From: Octopus vulgaris | Taxonomy: Eukaryota | DNA length: 64,000 nt | Reading direction: 5' to 3' | Assembly: GCA_951406725.2 (NCBI GenBank) | Contig: OX597817.1 | Location: 102,796,001 to 102,860,000, forward strand | Shown: one piece after another, positions 51,783 to 64,000 of the stretch | How positions within the stretch are numbered: position 1 is the stretch's first letter | Layout of the letters: each line of letters begins with the position of its first letter | Notes under the pieces: generated by a model | The model's database searches: none | Told to the model about the DNA's origin: nothing | The model's input: only the letters and a program-made list of their open reading frames with translations | Program-made: the position numbers and the translations under genes

Positions 51783-51854
51783 GGTCACTGCTTGGAATCA
51801 AACTCGGAATCTTTGGGTTAGTAGCCCACGCTCTTAACCACTACACCATATGCC
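51783..51854 (-). other. tRNA-like (Pol III A/B box) segment inside the PLE 3' region; also at 27818-27890
   Basis: ggcatatGGTGTAGTGGTTAAGagcgtggg-ctactaa-cccaaagattccGAGTTTGATTCCaagcagtgacc; the acceptor stem does not pair, so it is not a functional tRNA. Confidence 0.7.
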
Positions 51855-52689
51855 TGTGGGCAATTATGGAGTGAATTTTAGGGCTTATAAATTTAATATT
51901 TTTCTATCCTTCCTTAATACCGGTTCCCATATGCTGCTCATATCTCAGTTTGCTTAGGAGGTTGTTGTGTCCTAGCATATGTGCTGCTGCTTTTAGTTTT
52001 CGTATTTTCCAGTGGTGTTCTCTGTCTTTTATTTTAACTTCATCCCATAGGGGAAGGTAGTCTCCATTTTTCCATATATGATCAGCTATACCCAATTTAT
52101 CAATATCTCCTCATGCCACAGCTTTGCAATGTTCATCTACCCTTATTTTGAGGATGCGGCATGTTTCGCCTTTGTATAACCTACCACAGCTGCATGGGAT
52201 GGAGTACATGCAGTCTTTGGTCATATTCTTTTCTATTGGTGGTTTTACTAAAATGAGATGTTTGCAAAGTGTTGTATTACTCTTTAATATTGTCCTGATG
52301 TCATATGGGCCGCATATCTTTTGTATCTTTTCGGAGAGGCTTTCACATTGGGTAGACAGATTGTAGACAGTTTACTGGCCTCATCCTCTCTCTTCTTCAT
52401 AATTGGAGTGGATAGTATACTTTTGGGGCAGTTGTTGCTTAACAGATCGTTATTGAGCTTGATCATTTCTTCATGGTGTGTATCACGCTCGCTACTTGTA
52501 TTCTTTGCATGATGTTTTAGGCACTGAGCAATCCCTCTCTTTACACTGTATGGATGGTGGGAATTGAAGTTGAGGTATTGTCCAGTAAAGGTTGGCTTGC
52601 GGTATACAGATGTCCTGAATCCATACTTGGTGTGTGTTATTAATACATCCAGGAATGCCAGCGGATTGTCTTTTTCCTTTTCCATTGTG

Positions 52690-54326
52690 AAATTCCTAGC
52701 CAAAGACAAACTTGTACTTGGCTTTCATTGACTTGGAGAAAGCCTTTGACGGGGTCTTCCAATCCCTTATCTGGTGATCAATGCAAAAACTAGGGATAGA
52801 TAAGTGGTTGGTGAGGGCTGTACAAGCCGTGTACAGGGATGCTGTCAGTAAAGTGAGGGTTGGTAACAAGTATAGTGAATTCCATATAAAAGTAGGGGTT
52901 CACCAAAGATCAGTCCTCAGCCTCCTCTTATTCATCATAGTCTTCCAGGCAATAACAGTAATCCAGGACAGGCTGCCCCCAGGAGTTTCTCTATGCTGAT
53001 GACCTTGCTCTAATAGCTGAGTCACTACCAGAACTAGAGAAGAAGTTACAGGTGTTGAAGCAAGGTCAAGAAATGAAGGGCCTTGGAGTCAATCTAGCAA
53101 AAACCAAAGTCTTAGTAAGTAGGAAGGTAAACAAATCACAAATCCCTTCAGGCTCTGCTTGATCTGTAGAAAAGGTGTAGGTGGAAACGCCATAAGATGT
53201 ACCTGATGTAAGCTATGAACACATAAGAGGTGCAGCAATATCAAAGGAACGTTAACTGGGAAGATAGTCTTTGTGTGTGGCAGATGCACAGGGGTAATAA
53301 ACACCAAAGATGTACAGAAAACAGATTCCATCAAATGCCAGGGGGGAAAACTAGAAGTAGTTGAAAGCTTCCATTACCTAGGTGACCAAGTCAGTAGTTG
53401 GGGTGGATGCACTGAGAGCATAGCTACTAGAATAAGAATAGCCTGGGCAAAGTTCAGAGAGCTCCTACCTTTGCTGGTAACAAAGGGCCTCTCACTCAGA
53501 GTGAAAAGTAGATTGTATGATGCATGTTTGCAAACAGCTATTCTACACGGCTGTGAAACATGGGCTGAACACATGCGTAGCTTTGAAAGAAATGAAGTTA
53601 GTATGCTCCACTGGGTGTGTAATGTCAGTATGCCTGCACAACAGAGTGTAAGTGCCCTGAGAGAAAAGTTGGACATAAGAAGCATCAGATGCGGTGTGCA
53701 AAAGAGATGAGTGCACTGGTATGGTTGCGTATGGATGAGGACAACTACATGAAGAAGTGTCACACGCCAACAGTAGAGAGCACCTGTAGAAACGGTAGAC
53801 CCAGGAAGACCTGGGGTGAGGTGGAGAAACACAACCATCAAATGTTAGGCTTCACTGAAACAATGACAAGTGACTGAGACCTTTGGAGATATGCTTTACT
53901 TGAGAAAAGCAGGCAAGCCAAGTGAGATCATAGCCGTGGTTGAAGCCAGTGTCACGTACCTGGCCTGTTTAAAAGTACCCTTCAATCGTTGGGCAATATG
54001 CTGTGCTTGAGAAGACCTGTTGAGTCAAGTGAAAACTTAGTCATGGCCAATGCCAGTGCTGCTGGACTGGCTCCTGTGCCTGTGGCATGTAAAAAGCACC
54101 ATTTGAGTGTTGTCAATGCCAGTGCCACCTGACTGGCCCCTGTGCTGGTGGCATGTAAAAAGTACCCACTACACTCTTGGAGTGGTTGGTGTTAGGAAGG
54201 GCATCCAGATGTAGAAACCTTGCCAAATCAGATTGGAGCTTGGTGCAGCCTCCTGGCTTGCCAGTCCTCTGTCAAACCATCCAACCCATGCCAGAATGGA
54301 AAGCAGATGTTAGACAATGATGATGT
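52690..54326 (+). mobile_element. RTE-clade LINE, 5'-truncated, with (GAT)n tail
   Basis: AFIDLEKAFD, VGVHQRSVLSLLLF, LYADDL, FHYLGD, ILHGCETW, GRPRKTW; same family as 33430-35281. Confidence 0.92.
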
Positions 54327-54768
54327 ATGTCTTAAATCATTTGGAGATGATAACTGCAGTCTTACAGATGCAATAAGCTAAACTGTATTACTTTTTTTGT
54401 GAATCAGGAAAAGTGAAGTTGTTCAATCTGCTTTGCTACCTTGTTTTGCATCCTATTCCACTGCATGACCCCCTTGGATAAGTTTCATTTACCATGATCT
54501 GTCAATCAAAGCCTCATAGACAGAATTATTTGTGTGTTTTTGGTTAGTAGACATCACCCATTGTCCAGTTTAACAGTGCTACCTAACTCATAGTGGTTAT
54601 AGTGGATTTCATTCTTTTACAAGCATTTGGACCAGATCTCTAGTCTAGGGAATACAGGTAGGTCTCAATCTTGTTATCTAAACTGCTTTATTGCACCTTT
54701 CATTGAAAAAGAAATTAAACTATTTTGTTGTATTTTTATTTTTATTCTTTCTTTTCATTTTAATTCAG

Positions 54769-54917
54769 GGTGTTTCTTCCCAGCAGTATGCACAAGAACT
54801 TGAGAAAATTGGTGTTTTGGTAAAATCTAAGAACTTTCTTGTGTTTCAAGGAACTGTTGAAAGCATTGCTATGAAGAATGCCAAAGAACGTACGGTTATG
54901 TTCGAAGAAATCAGCAG
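54769..54917 (+). CDS. SMC1A: SMC1 exon 4 (GVSSQQY...[28 protein letters not shown])
   Basis: taattcag acceptor, gtaatt donor; 149 nt; contains the Q-loop. Confidence 0.94.
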
Positions 54918-54989
54918 GTAATTAATCCTATTGTTGCTATAACAGTTTGCAATCTATTGATGTGTTGTTTTTCTCTCTTACTGCTATTG

Positions 54990-55640
54990 TGATATCAACA
55001 TAATCATTTTATGTCTTCACTACTTCCTATGTCTTCTTCAGTTTTCCTCATCTGCTAGTTCCTCCCACTTGACACTTCTCTATTCTACTGTCATCCACGA
55101 CATGCATCATATGTCCATATAAGCACAGTTTCTTCTGTTGTACACAGCAGCTGATTCTACTCAGAACCAGTTTTTCTCTTATCTCATTTATTCTCCATTG
55201 TTTATTCATACTAATTTTACACATCCAGCATAGGTTGCATACCTTTTCAATCTTTATTCATCTTCTGCATCCAGTGTCCATGTTTCACTATCATACAATA
55301 TTGCACTTTGTACAGAAGCATCATATAATAATGTACTCTTCATCCATAAAGAGAATCCTTTTGTTGCCAGTACAAGTAATAACCCCCTGAACTTTTTCTA
55401 CTTTATTCTTACTCTGGGTATTATGATTTTGGAACATCTATTTCCAGTGCTGATTAAGTAACCTAAATAACAAATTGTCAATCACTATAGGGATATTTCT
55501 GGGCTTATAACAGAATTAATCTCGCTGCAACATCCTTCTCTGTCAGCTATCCTGTAATTCCCCTACACTTTATATGCTCTATGGTTTACTTTAGGTACAT
55601 CATATGGAATTCTTACTTATTTCCTTTTTCAAGACGGTCA
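54990..55640 (-). mobile_element. Old RTE relic
   Basis: Minus strand CYLGYLIS..KKFRGLLLVLATKGFSL..SAILYDSETW. Confidence 0.65.
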
Positions 55641-56293
55641 TTTGTCCAGTGCTAGTGAAGTTTTGACAGCCAGTCTTCAAAAATCCCTGTTAATGACTAG
55701 AAAAGTATAATAAACTAGAGTGGCAGAAAACCCACTCCTGATGTACACCAACCTATACATTAAATTGGTGAAAATGTTTGTTTGATTATTGAAGGGCCTT
55801 AAATCAGTTTGCTGCATTAATTGCTAATGCATTGTTTTGTAAATGCTTTTGCCAAGACCAAAGGTATTATACATGGCTTTGTTACTGTTTTTTATTGGAC
55901 TTGCTCCTCTGATCTTTTAGCTTTGATTGGGTAACTTTTGTATACTCTTATGGAATTGATCTGAGATCAAAATCAACAGAGACCAGTTGAATATATTATT
56001 GTTATTCAGAAAATGGATGTGTGAAATATAGTTTACTATTTAAATTTACTATCACATCACTTTACCTCACAGTCACATATTACATATTCTAATTCCTTTA
56101 AGAAAAAGCTATTTATTAAAAGAAAATTCCATTTGAGGTCTTGCTATTGTTTACAAAAAACATTGCAGTATCAATTAGCTATACGATGGCAGGTATAATA
56201 AATACTTTATTTTTAATTGGTTTTTGAGCTTTTGCTGGAAGTAGTTATTCATTGTTGAATATATTAATGTCAAAAAACATCTACACTTTTCAG

Positions 56294-56462
56294 ATCTGGA
56301 GAATTAAAAGAAGAATATGATAAAGCTAAAACTGAAATGTTAAAAGCTGAAGAAGATACTCAGTTTAATTACCACAAAAAGAAAGGCATTGCTGCTGAAA
56401 AGAAAGAAGCTAAGTTAGAAAAAGAGGAAGCAGAACGTTACCAGAAACTTAAAGAGCAATTG
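56294..56462 (+). CDS. SMC1A: SMC1 exon 5 ([10 protein letters not shown]...[13 protein letters not shown]...KEQL)
   Basis: ttttcag acceptor, gtgaga donor; 169 nt. Confidence 0.94.
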
Positions 56463-58242
56463 GTGAGATTTCCATTTACATTCTTCCTTTTATTTGTTTT
56501 GAATTTAGTTTTCTTTTTGAAGGTTTTGGTATAGCCATTTAGCTTCAAGTCAATGGCTACTGTCAGATTATTTACTAAGAAAAATATTAACCAGTCATTG
56601 TATGCATCTATCTGATGGTAAAACAGCTCTTTTAATCCCTATATCAGCAAAAAAAAAATGAAAAAAAAAAAACATTTAGACACTTGCTAGAATATAGCAG
56701 TTAAAATCTCTAGAACTTCAGTATAAATATTGACAACATGCCTATCTAAACTGCTATTTTAATTAAATGCATACTATCAAGCAAATATCACACACATCTC
56801 ATCTCACTAGTCTTTCTGTACAATGTTATTATAATCTTGTCGCTATTTATGGTTAATGTTCCATTTAAAAAAATTTATTTCAGAATATAAATTACTAAAT
56901 CTGCAATATCAAATTTATTCTAATTTGAAAGAAATTTAGAAAGTTGAAAATATCAATAATTCTAACTGGCAGAACCTGTGAATATTTCACAGAATTAATG
57001 GTAAACCTATTAGGTTATTTCTGAAAACTTTATCGATAAAACCTGAAAGTGTAGCTTGTGTTGTCTCTATGGAAAGATAGTCGCTCATCTGCTACTCATT
57101 GAAAAGTGAAAGAAATTGGAATACGATAATTACTTAATGCACTTTATATGTACACTATATATACTTTATGCACAATTTTATAGACTTAATACACAGCACT
57201 CATAAAATAAATATTCATGCTATAACCTATATAGTTAAATTGCATATATCTGCCATGTAAATAAGTGTAAATAATTCATGGAATTGCAGTTATGTGCATG
57301 CGTTAAATGATAGTTGATATGAAAAACTTAGTTCAGTTTTTAAAAAAATACACTTTACACTATACACTCACCACTGCCACCTCCACATCATCTTTCACCC
57401 CCTCTATCTCCCTCCCTTCTCTCTCTCTGTGCCTTTCTTTACCCTCACCATCAGAACATCACCCCTCAGCTAAAATTATATTTTTAACTCTCCTTTATAT
57501 TATCACTACCTTCAACTAACTTTTTAACCATGGAATAAATATTATGTTCCCCTACCTCACATCATGGATCCTTCTCGCTCTCTTTTTTTCTATCTCTCCC
57601 TCTTTCTTTCTCCTCTTTTTCCCTTCAACTAATCACATGAAAGCATTAACAATGGGCTAAGTAACATAATAACAAGCAGAATTATAAAGTTACATTATGG
57701 TAGACTCATGATTGCCATTGAAAATATACTATTAAGTTTTTGTTTTTATGTTATAATAACAAAGTCTTTTGTTTGTATGCAACCTGGTTACTAGTACTGC
57801 TCTACTGTATTATACAATGGAATAGCTTTTCAGTGACCAGGTCATATACATACAAGATTCTGATGCTATAACAACATAAACAAAAATGAATATATCTATG
57901 TATTTTGAATAGCTATCATGATTCCAGTGTGATGCAGTTTGTTTTACTTTCCACATACTGTATCAGATCAAACCTTGCAAGATAGCTCTGAAATGATTCC
58001 GATATCTTCAGATAAAAGAATTGTGATATGAACTTTTTTTTCATCGGATAGAATACTTTGAAATAAACAAGTATCAGAAACTGGTGACTGTTTTATCATT
58101 ATTTTGTCATGGTGAGTTATGAAAAATAGGTTTGGTCCAAAAAACTAACAGTGGACAAGATGATTTGCTAAAATGAGAAATCGATATTTTGTGTTTGTAA
58201 ATGATGTGCATCTCAAACAAAAATGTTAATTTTACTTTACAG

Positions 58243-58455
58243 GTAGAAAAACAGCTGCAACTCCAATTGTTCAAGTTGTTTCATAATGAGAAAGATATTG
58301 ATGAGTTGAATGAAGAACTTAACAAAAAGAATGCTGGTTTAGATAGAGAATTAAAAAAGAGAGATAAGATTGAGGACGAGATCAAAGAGAAGAAAAAGGA
58401 GCAAGGAAAATTGAGTCGAGATCTCACAAAAATTGAGCAGAACATCAAAGAAGCT
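58243..58455 (+). CDS. SMC1A: SMC1 exon 6 (VEKQLQLQLFKLFHNE...NIKEA)
   Basis: tttacag acceptor, gtgagt donor; 213 nt. Confidence 0.92.
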
Positions 58456-58986
58456 GTGAGTATAGTTTGTCACTTTACATTTTTATCTTCTTTTATCACT
58501 AAGATCAATAATTTCATATTCTTATGCGGATAATTTCAATCTTGCCTGTTATAAATTTAATAGCAATATCAAAAAGAATTCTTCATAGTCTGAGTGATTT
58601 GTCTGTCTATTCTAATTCCTTTCTAAAATTAAGTTCTTCTATTCTCTTATGATGTACTGTGTATCTTTGAGTATTCTATACTCCAGAATAAACAGACAGC
58701 CTAACTGAAGTAAGACTACAGAAGAAACATGAATTTTAAGGGCGCTTTGAATGCTTAATTTATGAATGTGTTGTCAGTTTTGATAATAGATAACTTTCTT
58801 AAATCACAATTCACTCAATTTATAAATATCAGATTGGTAAGAGTGGAGTTTGAAAAAATTTCAATTATTGATGTTTGAATGTAGTTAAGCTACTATGTAA
58901 TAATTGATATTTGGTTACTTTCAGATAAATCTGTAACAAATTAATAATTTTGAAATAGTTTTACAATAGATTTTGTTTTTCTTCAG

Positions 58987-59072
58987 GAATCTGAGCTGAA
59001 CAAAAAGAGGCCTATTTACATCAAAGCAAAAGAAAAAACTGCTCACATGATTAAAAAGCTTGAAGCTGCTAA
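58987..59072 (+). CDS. SMC1A: SMC1 exon 7 ([28 protein letters not shown])
   Basis: cttcag acceptor, gtaagt donor; 86 nt. Confidence 0.92.
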
Positions 59073-59553
59073 GTAAGTCATCATTTATTACTGTTCTATT
59101 GTTGTTTAGACCCTGGTCACCTCTGACTGAATGTACAGTGAAACCATTCCCATCATGACAATCCTGTTTTTGAAGAGTAAGGATCAATAACTGAATACAA
59201 AGGATTACATTGTCCTGGGTATCTTACCTTTAAGACAGTAAAATACAATTTTAAGATTTGCTATCCTTAGCCTTCATGTGTCCATTAAAGACTCCCTCAT
59301 TGGTTTGTTATTTTCTATTAAGCTCTCTCATTAGTGATCCTAACAAGCAATAAATGAATGGAAGTTTTTGTTGCATCTTTCAGTTCACATTTTGGGATAG
59401 GAAGGGACAAGAATGCATTTTTTATATTTCTATGAAGACAAAACATATTCTTAAAAGAAATCAACTGTTTCTATTTCAATTTGTTTTAGTGTATTTCACC
59501 TGTTTCGATTATAATGTAAGTTAACATGTTAATTTTTATTCCTTTCATTACAG

Positions 59554-59602
59554 GAAATCTCTCAAGGCAACTAAAAAGACGCATGATAATCATGAAGCTG
59601 AG
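59554..59602 (+). CDS. SMC1A: SMC1 exon 8 (KSLKATKKTHDNHEAE)
   Basis: attacag acceptor, gtaaat donor; 49 nt, restores frame between exons 7 and 9. Confidence 0.85.
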
Positions 59603-60574
59603 GTAAATTGAATTGTTATTTTTATTACATTAAATATACAAACATGCATGTGCTCTCTCTCTCTCTCTCTTTCTCTGTGACAGTGAAGCTTTGGTTTTAA
59701 TTAAATATGTGGTTTTAAGTTGGGTATCAAAGTGCCTTTTCCAGACCTGCAAGAGAAGATGAACTTAGCACTTCAAGTACTAAGCTTTGTAATGATTTTA
59801 GTGTAGCTACAGCTTAATGACAAGCAGTTCATATTCTGCTATATCTAAATCAGTGCTCATATGCACTCTCAGAGTGGTTGGCGTTAGGAAGGGCATCCAG
59901 TTGTAGAAACTCTGCTAGATCAGATAGGAGCCTGGTGCAGCCATCTGGCTCGCCAGTCCTCAGTCAAACCATCCGACCCATGCCAGGACAAAGATGATAG
60001 AAATCAACCAAGAGGTCAGTTTTTATATATTGCTGGCACTGCATTGTGTCCAGTCCTGAGATATAACTCTCAAATGGCCTGATCCATCTAGCTAATAAAA
60101 ACAACTACTTATGACTGATTCTACTTCTGTAAGAGTGACATGAAGTTTAATCTCAATGTTAATTTCAACTCCTTTTTTTGTGGATGTGAAGAAGGTACTT
60201 GGATATTTGACCTCTGACCAAATTATAAATCAAGTAGGAGAAATGAAACTACCAATGTTTCCATTAAATGAGTTAGTGTCTTCATAATTTTGTAATGTAG
60301 CTGTGCTAATCAGTGAAATTTCTAGCATATTAATTAAACAATTCATAGTTTTACTTTCTTTGTGTTGCTTTCTTTACAAGGTTTATGAAATTGTATTTGT
60401 AGAACAGTTATATTTTTAATTTCATTTTTTGTCTTGATTTTTTATAGTCAGTGGTATTTTCTAAATTACATACTTTTTATTAATTGTTGTTTAAATTTAT
60501 TAACTTCAGCTATATCTAGTAATGTTTACTCAAGAAGACAAGCCCAGCACAACTGAACTGATATCCTAAAACCA

Positions 60575-60862
60575 AGGTGCCATGAAAAAGCATTGGTGTA
60601 GGTGCATGTACCATGTAAAAAGCATTGGTGTGGGTGCTAGTGCCACTTAAAAAGCACTGGTGGGTGTATCATGTAAAATGCACCCAATGCACTCTGTAAA
60701 GTGGTTGATGTTAGGAAAGGCATCATGCTGTAGAAACTGAGCCAAAACAGTCTATGGAACCTGGTGTGACCCCTGGCCTTGTCAGTTCCTGTCCAGCCAA
60801 CATGGAAAATGTTGATGATGATGATGGTGGTGGTGGTGGTGGTGGTGATGATGATGATGATG
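60575..60862 (+). mobile_element. RTE-tail short retroposon with 5' tandem repeats and a (GAT)/(GGT) tail
   Basis: Tandem catgtaaaaagcattggtg units, then gttaggaaaggcatc..ccaacatggaaa..(gat)n. Other tails at about 1075-1190, 17060-17105, 18160-18300, 40490-40610, 48570-48815, 59865-59990. Confidence 0.7.
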
Positions 60863-62317
60863 GTTTAAACTCAGTGCTACAAATAGTTCTGCTGCTTGCA
60901 CTGTTGGACCATATCAATTCATGTTAGCTAATTGAACTAAACTTGTGAAACTTAAACTATTTTGGCTATGAATACTGCACAATGCGGGTGTCTAAGTCAG
61001 CACCTTGGCAGTTAAACTGATTGCAAATGTTTTGTTTATATTGTAAAGAACTAAATTGTTGCTTGGAGCTTTAATTCATGAAGTAGGAATGAAAAACATT
61101 TTTGTTTTCTGCTTATAGATATCTTGTATCTTTTTCATTAAAAATAAATTTAGTTTGTCTGTTTTAGTTATATTTTCTGCTTGACTTTCAGCCATGTTTG
61201 TTAATAATACTAGAAATTGTTTTGTATTTGCTTACTGAAACCATCACTGTGTCGTTAAAAACTTCATTTCACAGCTTCATATTTTCAGGTTCAGTCCTGC
61301 TGCACGGTACCTTGGGAAAGTGATCTCTCCTAAAGCCTGGGGCTCACCAATGCCTTGTGAGCAAAATTTGTATGAAGGAATCTGTATGGGAGCACTGTAT
61401 GTGTGTTTGTCTCTACATGTTATCACATAGGTCAGCAGTAGTATATGTTTACATCTTGCAGCTTAGTGGTTCAATATGTGAGGTTCAATAGCATAAAGTA
61501 CCTTACTTGAAAACAAGTAACGATTATCATCCTGAAGAACCTCAGGTTGCAGAATACTACCTCCAGAAGGCTCATCCCCTGTGGCCACATGGAAAAATGC
61601 TGATATTAAATATAAATTCTGTCACATCTGTCTTTCATTGAGAAATAAATCATTGTTTCAATCAATTTTTTTTAAAGCTCATTGATGTTTAGTGGCCCCA
61701 AAAGAGAACAACCAAATTATTATAGAGTTAAGTTAAATATATGTTTTTCATCAATGCTGTTTGGAATACTGTAAAAAGATCTGTACATAAAATTCTGCTG
61801 CAATTTGCACCAATTGAAAGCTTAAGACTTTGGGTGGTTTGAGGCAGATTGGAATAAGAGGAGAATTCAGTTAGAATGAAATCTAAAATCCAAAGAAACT
61901 GCTGAGGTTCTGCACTGGCAAAAATGGTAATAGTAAATCCAGGAGATTTTGGCTGTTGTGAGGAGTGAGATAAGATGTTTTTAGTTATGGTCCTTTGAAG
62001 GACATTAACCAGTAACATTAGCTTTTTTCACTCATCACAGCAACCAAACTTGAGATCCGACAAACTCTTTTATTAATGTATGTCAGTTTCATACACATAT
62101 ACTTAAAAGTTGATTAGTGTGTGGCTACAAAGTTGATATATATTAATCTGTTTACATACATTGATATGTGTATCTATGTCAAAATGCTAATGTGCATATT
62201 TATGTTGCATAAATATGTATAATATGAAAATGTTCATAAAGCATAGAATATATCAATGTCTTACCAGTATCCATGTTCAAAAGTGACCAAAAGTCTGTTG
62301 TCATATTTTTGATATAG

Positions 62318-62434
62318 ATCCATCAGTTGGAGAAAGAACTTGAAGAAGTTGAAGAAAAGAAACGAGAATATGAAAAAGGAATAGAAAAAGAATCACAGTC
62401 CCAAGGAAGAGACCTCCAGTTGGAAGAGTCTCAG
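62318..62434 (+). CDS. SMC1A: SMC1 exon 9 (IHQLEKELEEV...SQSQGRDLQLEESQ)
   Basis: gatatag acceptor, gtgagt donor; 117 nt; conserved SQSQGRDL motif. Confidence 0.9.
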
Positions 62435-63051
62435 GTGAGTTATTTTCTTAGGCTATACTCTTATAATATTCTTTATTGTCACTTGGCAGATTACAGATTT
62501 TGGTGACTTGTTTTATTTTGATTTGTCATCAACTTTTTGTTTATTATTGCCATCTTTGGTTTAATATTTGTTTTCAACTGTGACTTCAAGGTAAACATGT
62601 TTTAATATCATATATTAGGAATAATTTTCTAAATGTATTATATCAGTTATTCATGTCTACATGTCTTTTGATGGATGGCTGTTTATTTATCTACAGATAT
62701 TTAATTTCTTTAAACTATGAATAGCAGAATATTTACTACAGATTTTATTTAGCACCAATTTGGCCCTGGTTGAGTAGACATCTGATGAAAACCATTCCAG
62801 TCATAACCATCTAAACTTCACTTCAGGCATATTATACCTCAATAAAAGAAAATATCCAAAATGCAATATACCTTCTCTTTTTTTTTTTATAAGGATAGGT
62901 TGTAATTTGGAGGAGATTTAGCTACTTATTCTAAAAGAAAAAAATTTCCAGGTAGAAGCAAGATTCCTTGGAAGAAGTGGCTTCACTTTATAAGAAATTT
63001 GAATACATCTGATAGCAAGAAAAGTAATTTTGTTTTTATCTCTAATTTTAG

Positions 63052-63266
63052 GTTCAGGAATACCATCGTTTGAAGGAAGAAGCTGGCAAAAGAGCTGCTC
63101 GCTATTCACAAGACTTAGAATCCATTAACAGAGAGCAGAAATCTGATCAAGATCGCCGTGATAATGAAGAACGCAAAAAAAATGATATGGTAACTAAAAT
63201 TGAACAGAAGAAACATGAAATGGAAGAGAACAAGAAACGAGTTGAAAAACTGAATGACTACATAAA
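63052..63266 (+). CDS. SMC1A: SMC1 exon 10 ([14 protein letters not shown]...[10 protein letters not shown]...LNDYI)
   Basis: ttttag acceptor, gtaaaa donor; 215 nt. Confidence 0.93.
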
Positions 63267-63353
63267 GTAAAATTCTACTTCATTGTTGCTTTGGTCTTTT
63301 AGATAATTATTAGTCCTGTGGCAGTTGTAACTTGTGTTTGGTTTCTCTTTTAG

Positions 63354-63489
63354 AACCAGTATGCAAGCAGTTGATGAACAAAAGAAGACTGCCAGAGAAC
63401 TTGAAGAAGAAGTAAGCAGTGCCAATGCTAGGATCTCTCAAATTAACTCTGAGCTTGCTGAAGTTGTTGAACAGCTTGGTGAAGCAAAG
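63354..63489 (+). CDS. SMC1A: SMC1 exon 11 (TSMQAVDEQKK...VVEQLGEAK)
   Basis: cttttag acceptor after an 87-nt intron, gtagta donor; 136 nt. Confidence 0.9.
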
Positions 63490-64000
63490 GTAGTAATCTC
63501 TTAATATTTTATCACTATTCTTCTAAGTTTCTAGTTGTTGTTACTAGTGAGAACTAGATCAGCCCTTTTGAGCAGACCGCTGATTAATTGTGCCTTAGCT
63601 GTAACCATCAAGTAGAATATGATTTGAAGAGATTTGGTTATTATTTCTAGTAGTTGATTGCTGGTGTGTACTTTGTTTTGACTCTAGTAATACTCTCATA
63701 GTGTGTTTCTTTCTTATTGCAAAGAGAGTAGAAATATGATAAATGGACATATTCCAATTTGACTGGTCTGTAGTTTATTTCTTTTGATGATTGCAACTCT
63801 GGTATACAAATTCATTTTGAAATTCTTGATTACTATTTAGTATTCCCTGGCAGAAAAACACACTCCTTTTTCTTGTTTATTCATTTTATATCTTGAATAT
63901 TCTTTGATCAAATACCACTTCATTGGTAAATAATTAGTTGTAATAAACTAAATTAACCATGAAAATTATTCTAATATCTATGATTTACATTACATTGCAC

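Larger units (their letters stand above)
51603..52690 (-). mobile_element. Penelope-like element copy 2 (same family as 27645-28655)
   Basis: FTMEKEKDNPLAFLDV..VYRKPTFTGQYLNFNSHHP; GIY-YIG (MYSIPCSCGRLYKGET; GIADHIW..WDEVKI..RKLKAA); same 3' region. Confidence 0.9.

Noticed and set aside
51783-51854. Possible tRNA gene (also 27818-27890)
   Set aside because: The acceptor stem does not pair, the B-box is mutated, and it sits inside a repeat; treated as a tRNA-derived segment.
60575-60700. Short repeats with spacers resembling a CRISPR array (also 54040-54170, 33590-33840, 47560-47690)
   Set aside because: Eukaryotic context, no cas genes, units are degenerate tandem repeats of RTE 3' UTRs.

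Overview
AT-rich, microsatellite- and transposon-rich eukaryotic genomic DNA. The SINE/LINE repertoire suggests a coleoid cephalopod, probably Octopus (inference). Two spliced genes sit head-to-head, with only 402 bp between their start codons. (1) A complete 5-exon RIB43A-family ciliary microtubule-inner-protein gene on the minus strand (37650 to 3541, 379 aa, RIBC1/RIBC2-like). (2) The first 11 exons (490 codons) of the cohesin ATPase SMC1 on the plus strand (38053 to 63489, continuing beyond the window). This is the same divergent arrangement as human RIBC1-SMC1A and RIBC2-SMC1B. The shared promoter lies in a CpG-retaining zone with RFX X-boxes and E2F-like sites. The introns are filled with decayed mobile DNA: Tx1-, R4/Dong-, CR1- and RTE-type LINEs, two kinds of Penelope-like element (PLE), a Gypsy relic, hAT, Tc1/mariner and piggyBac-type non-autonomous elements, and tRNA-derived SINEs. 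Notable non-coding structure includes several hammerhead-ribozyme motifs (one near-intact at 19894-19950), three long fold-back palindromes carrying hammerhead remnants, and a PLE family whose 3' region carries a tRNA-like head upstream of a hammerhead. Exon boundaries were read by eye from GT-AG sites and reading-frame continuity; repeat boundaries are approximate.
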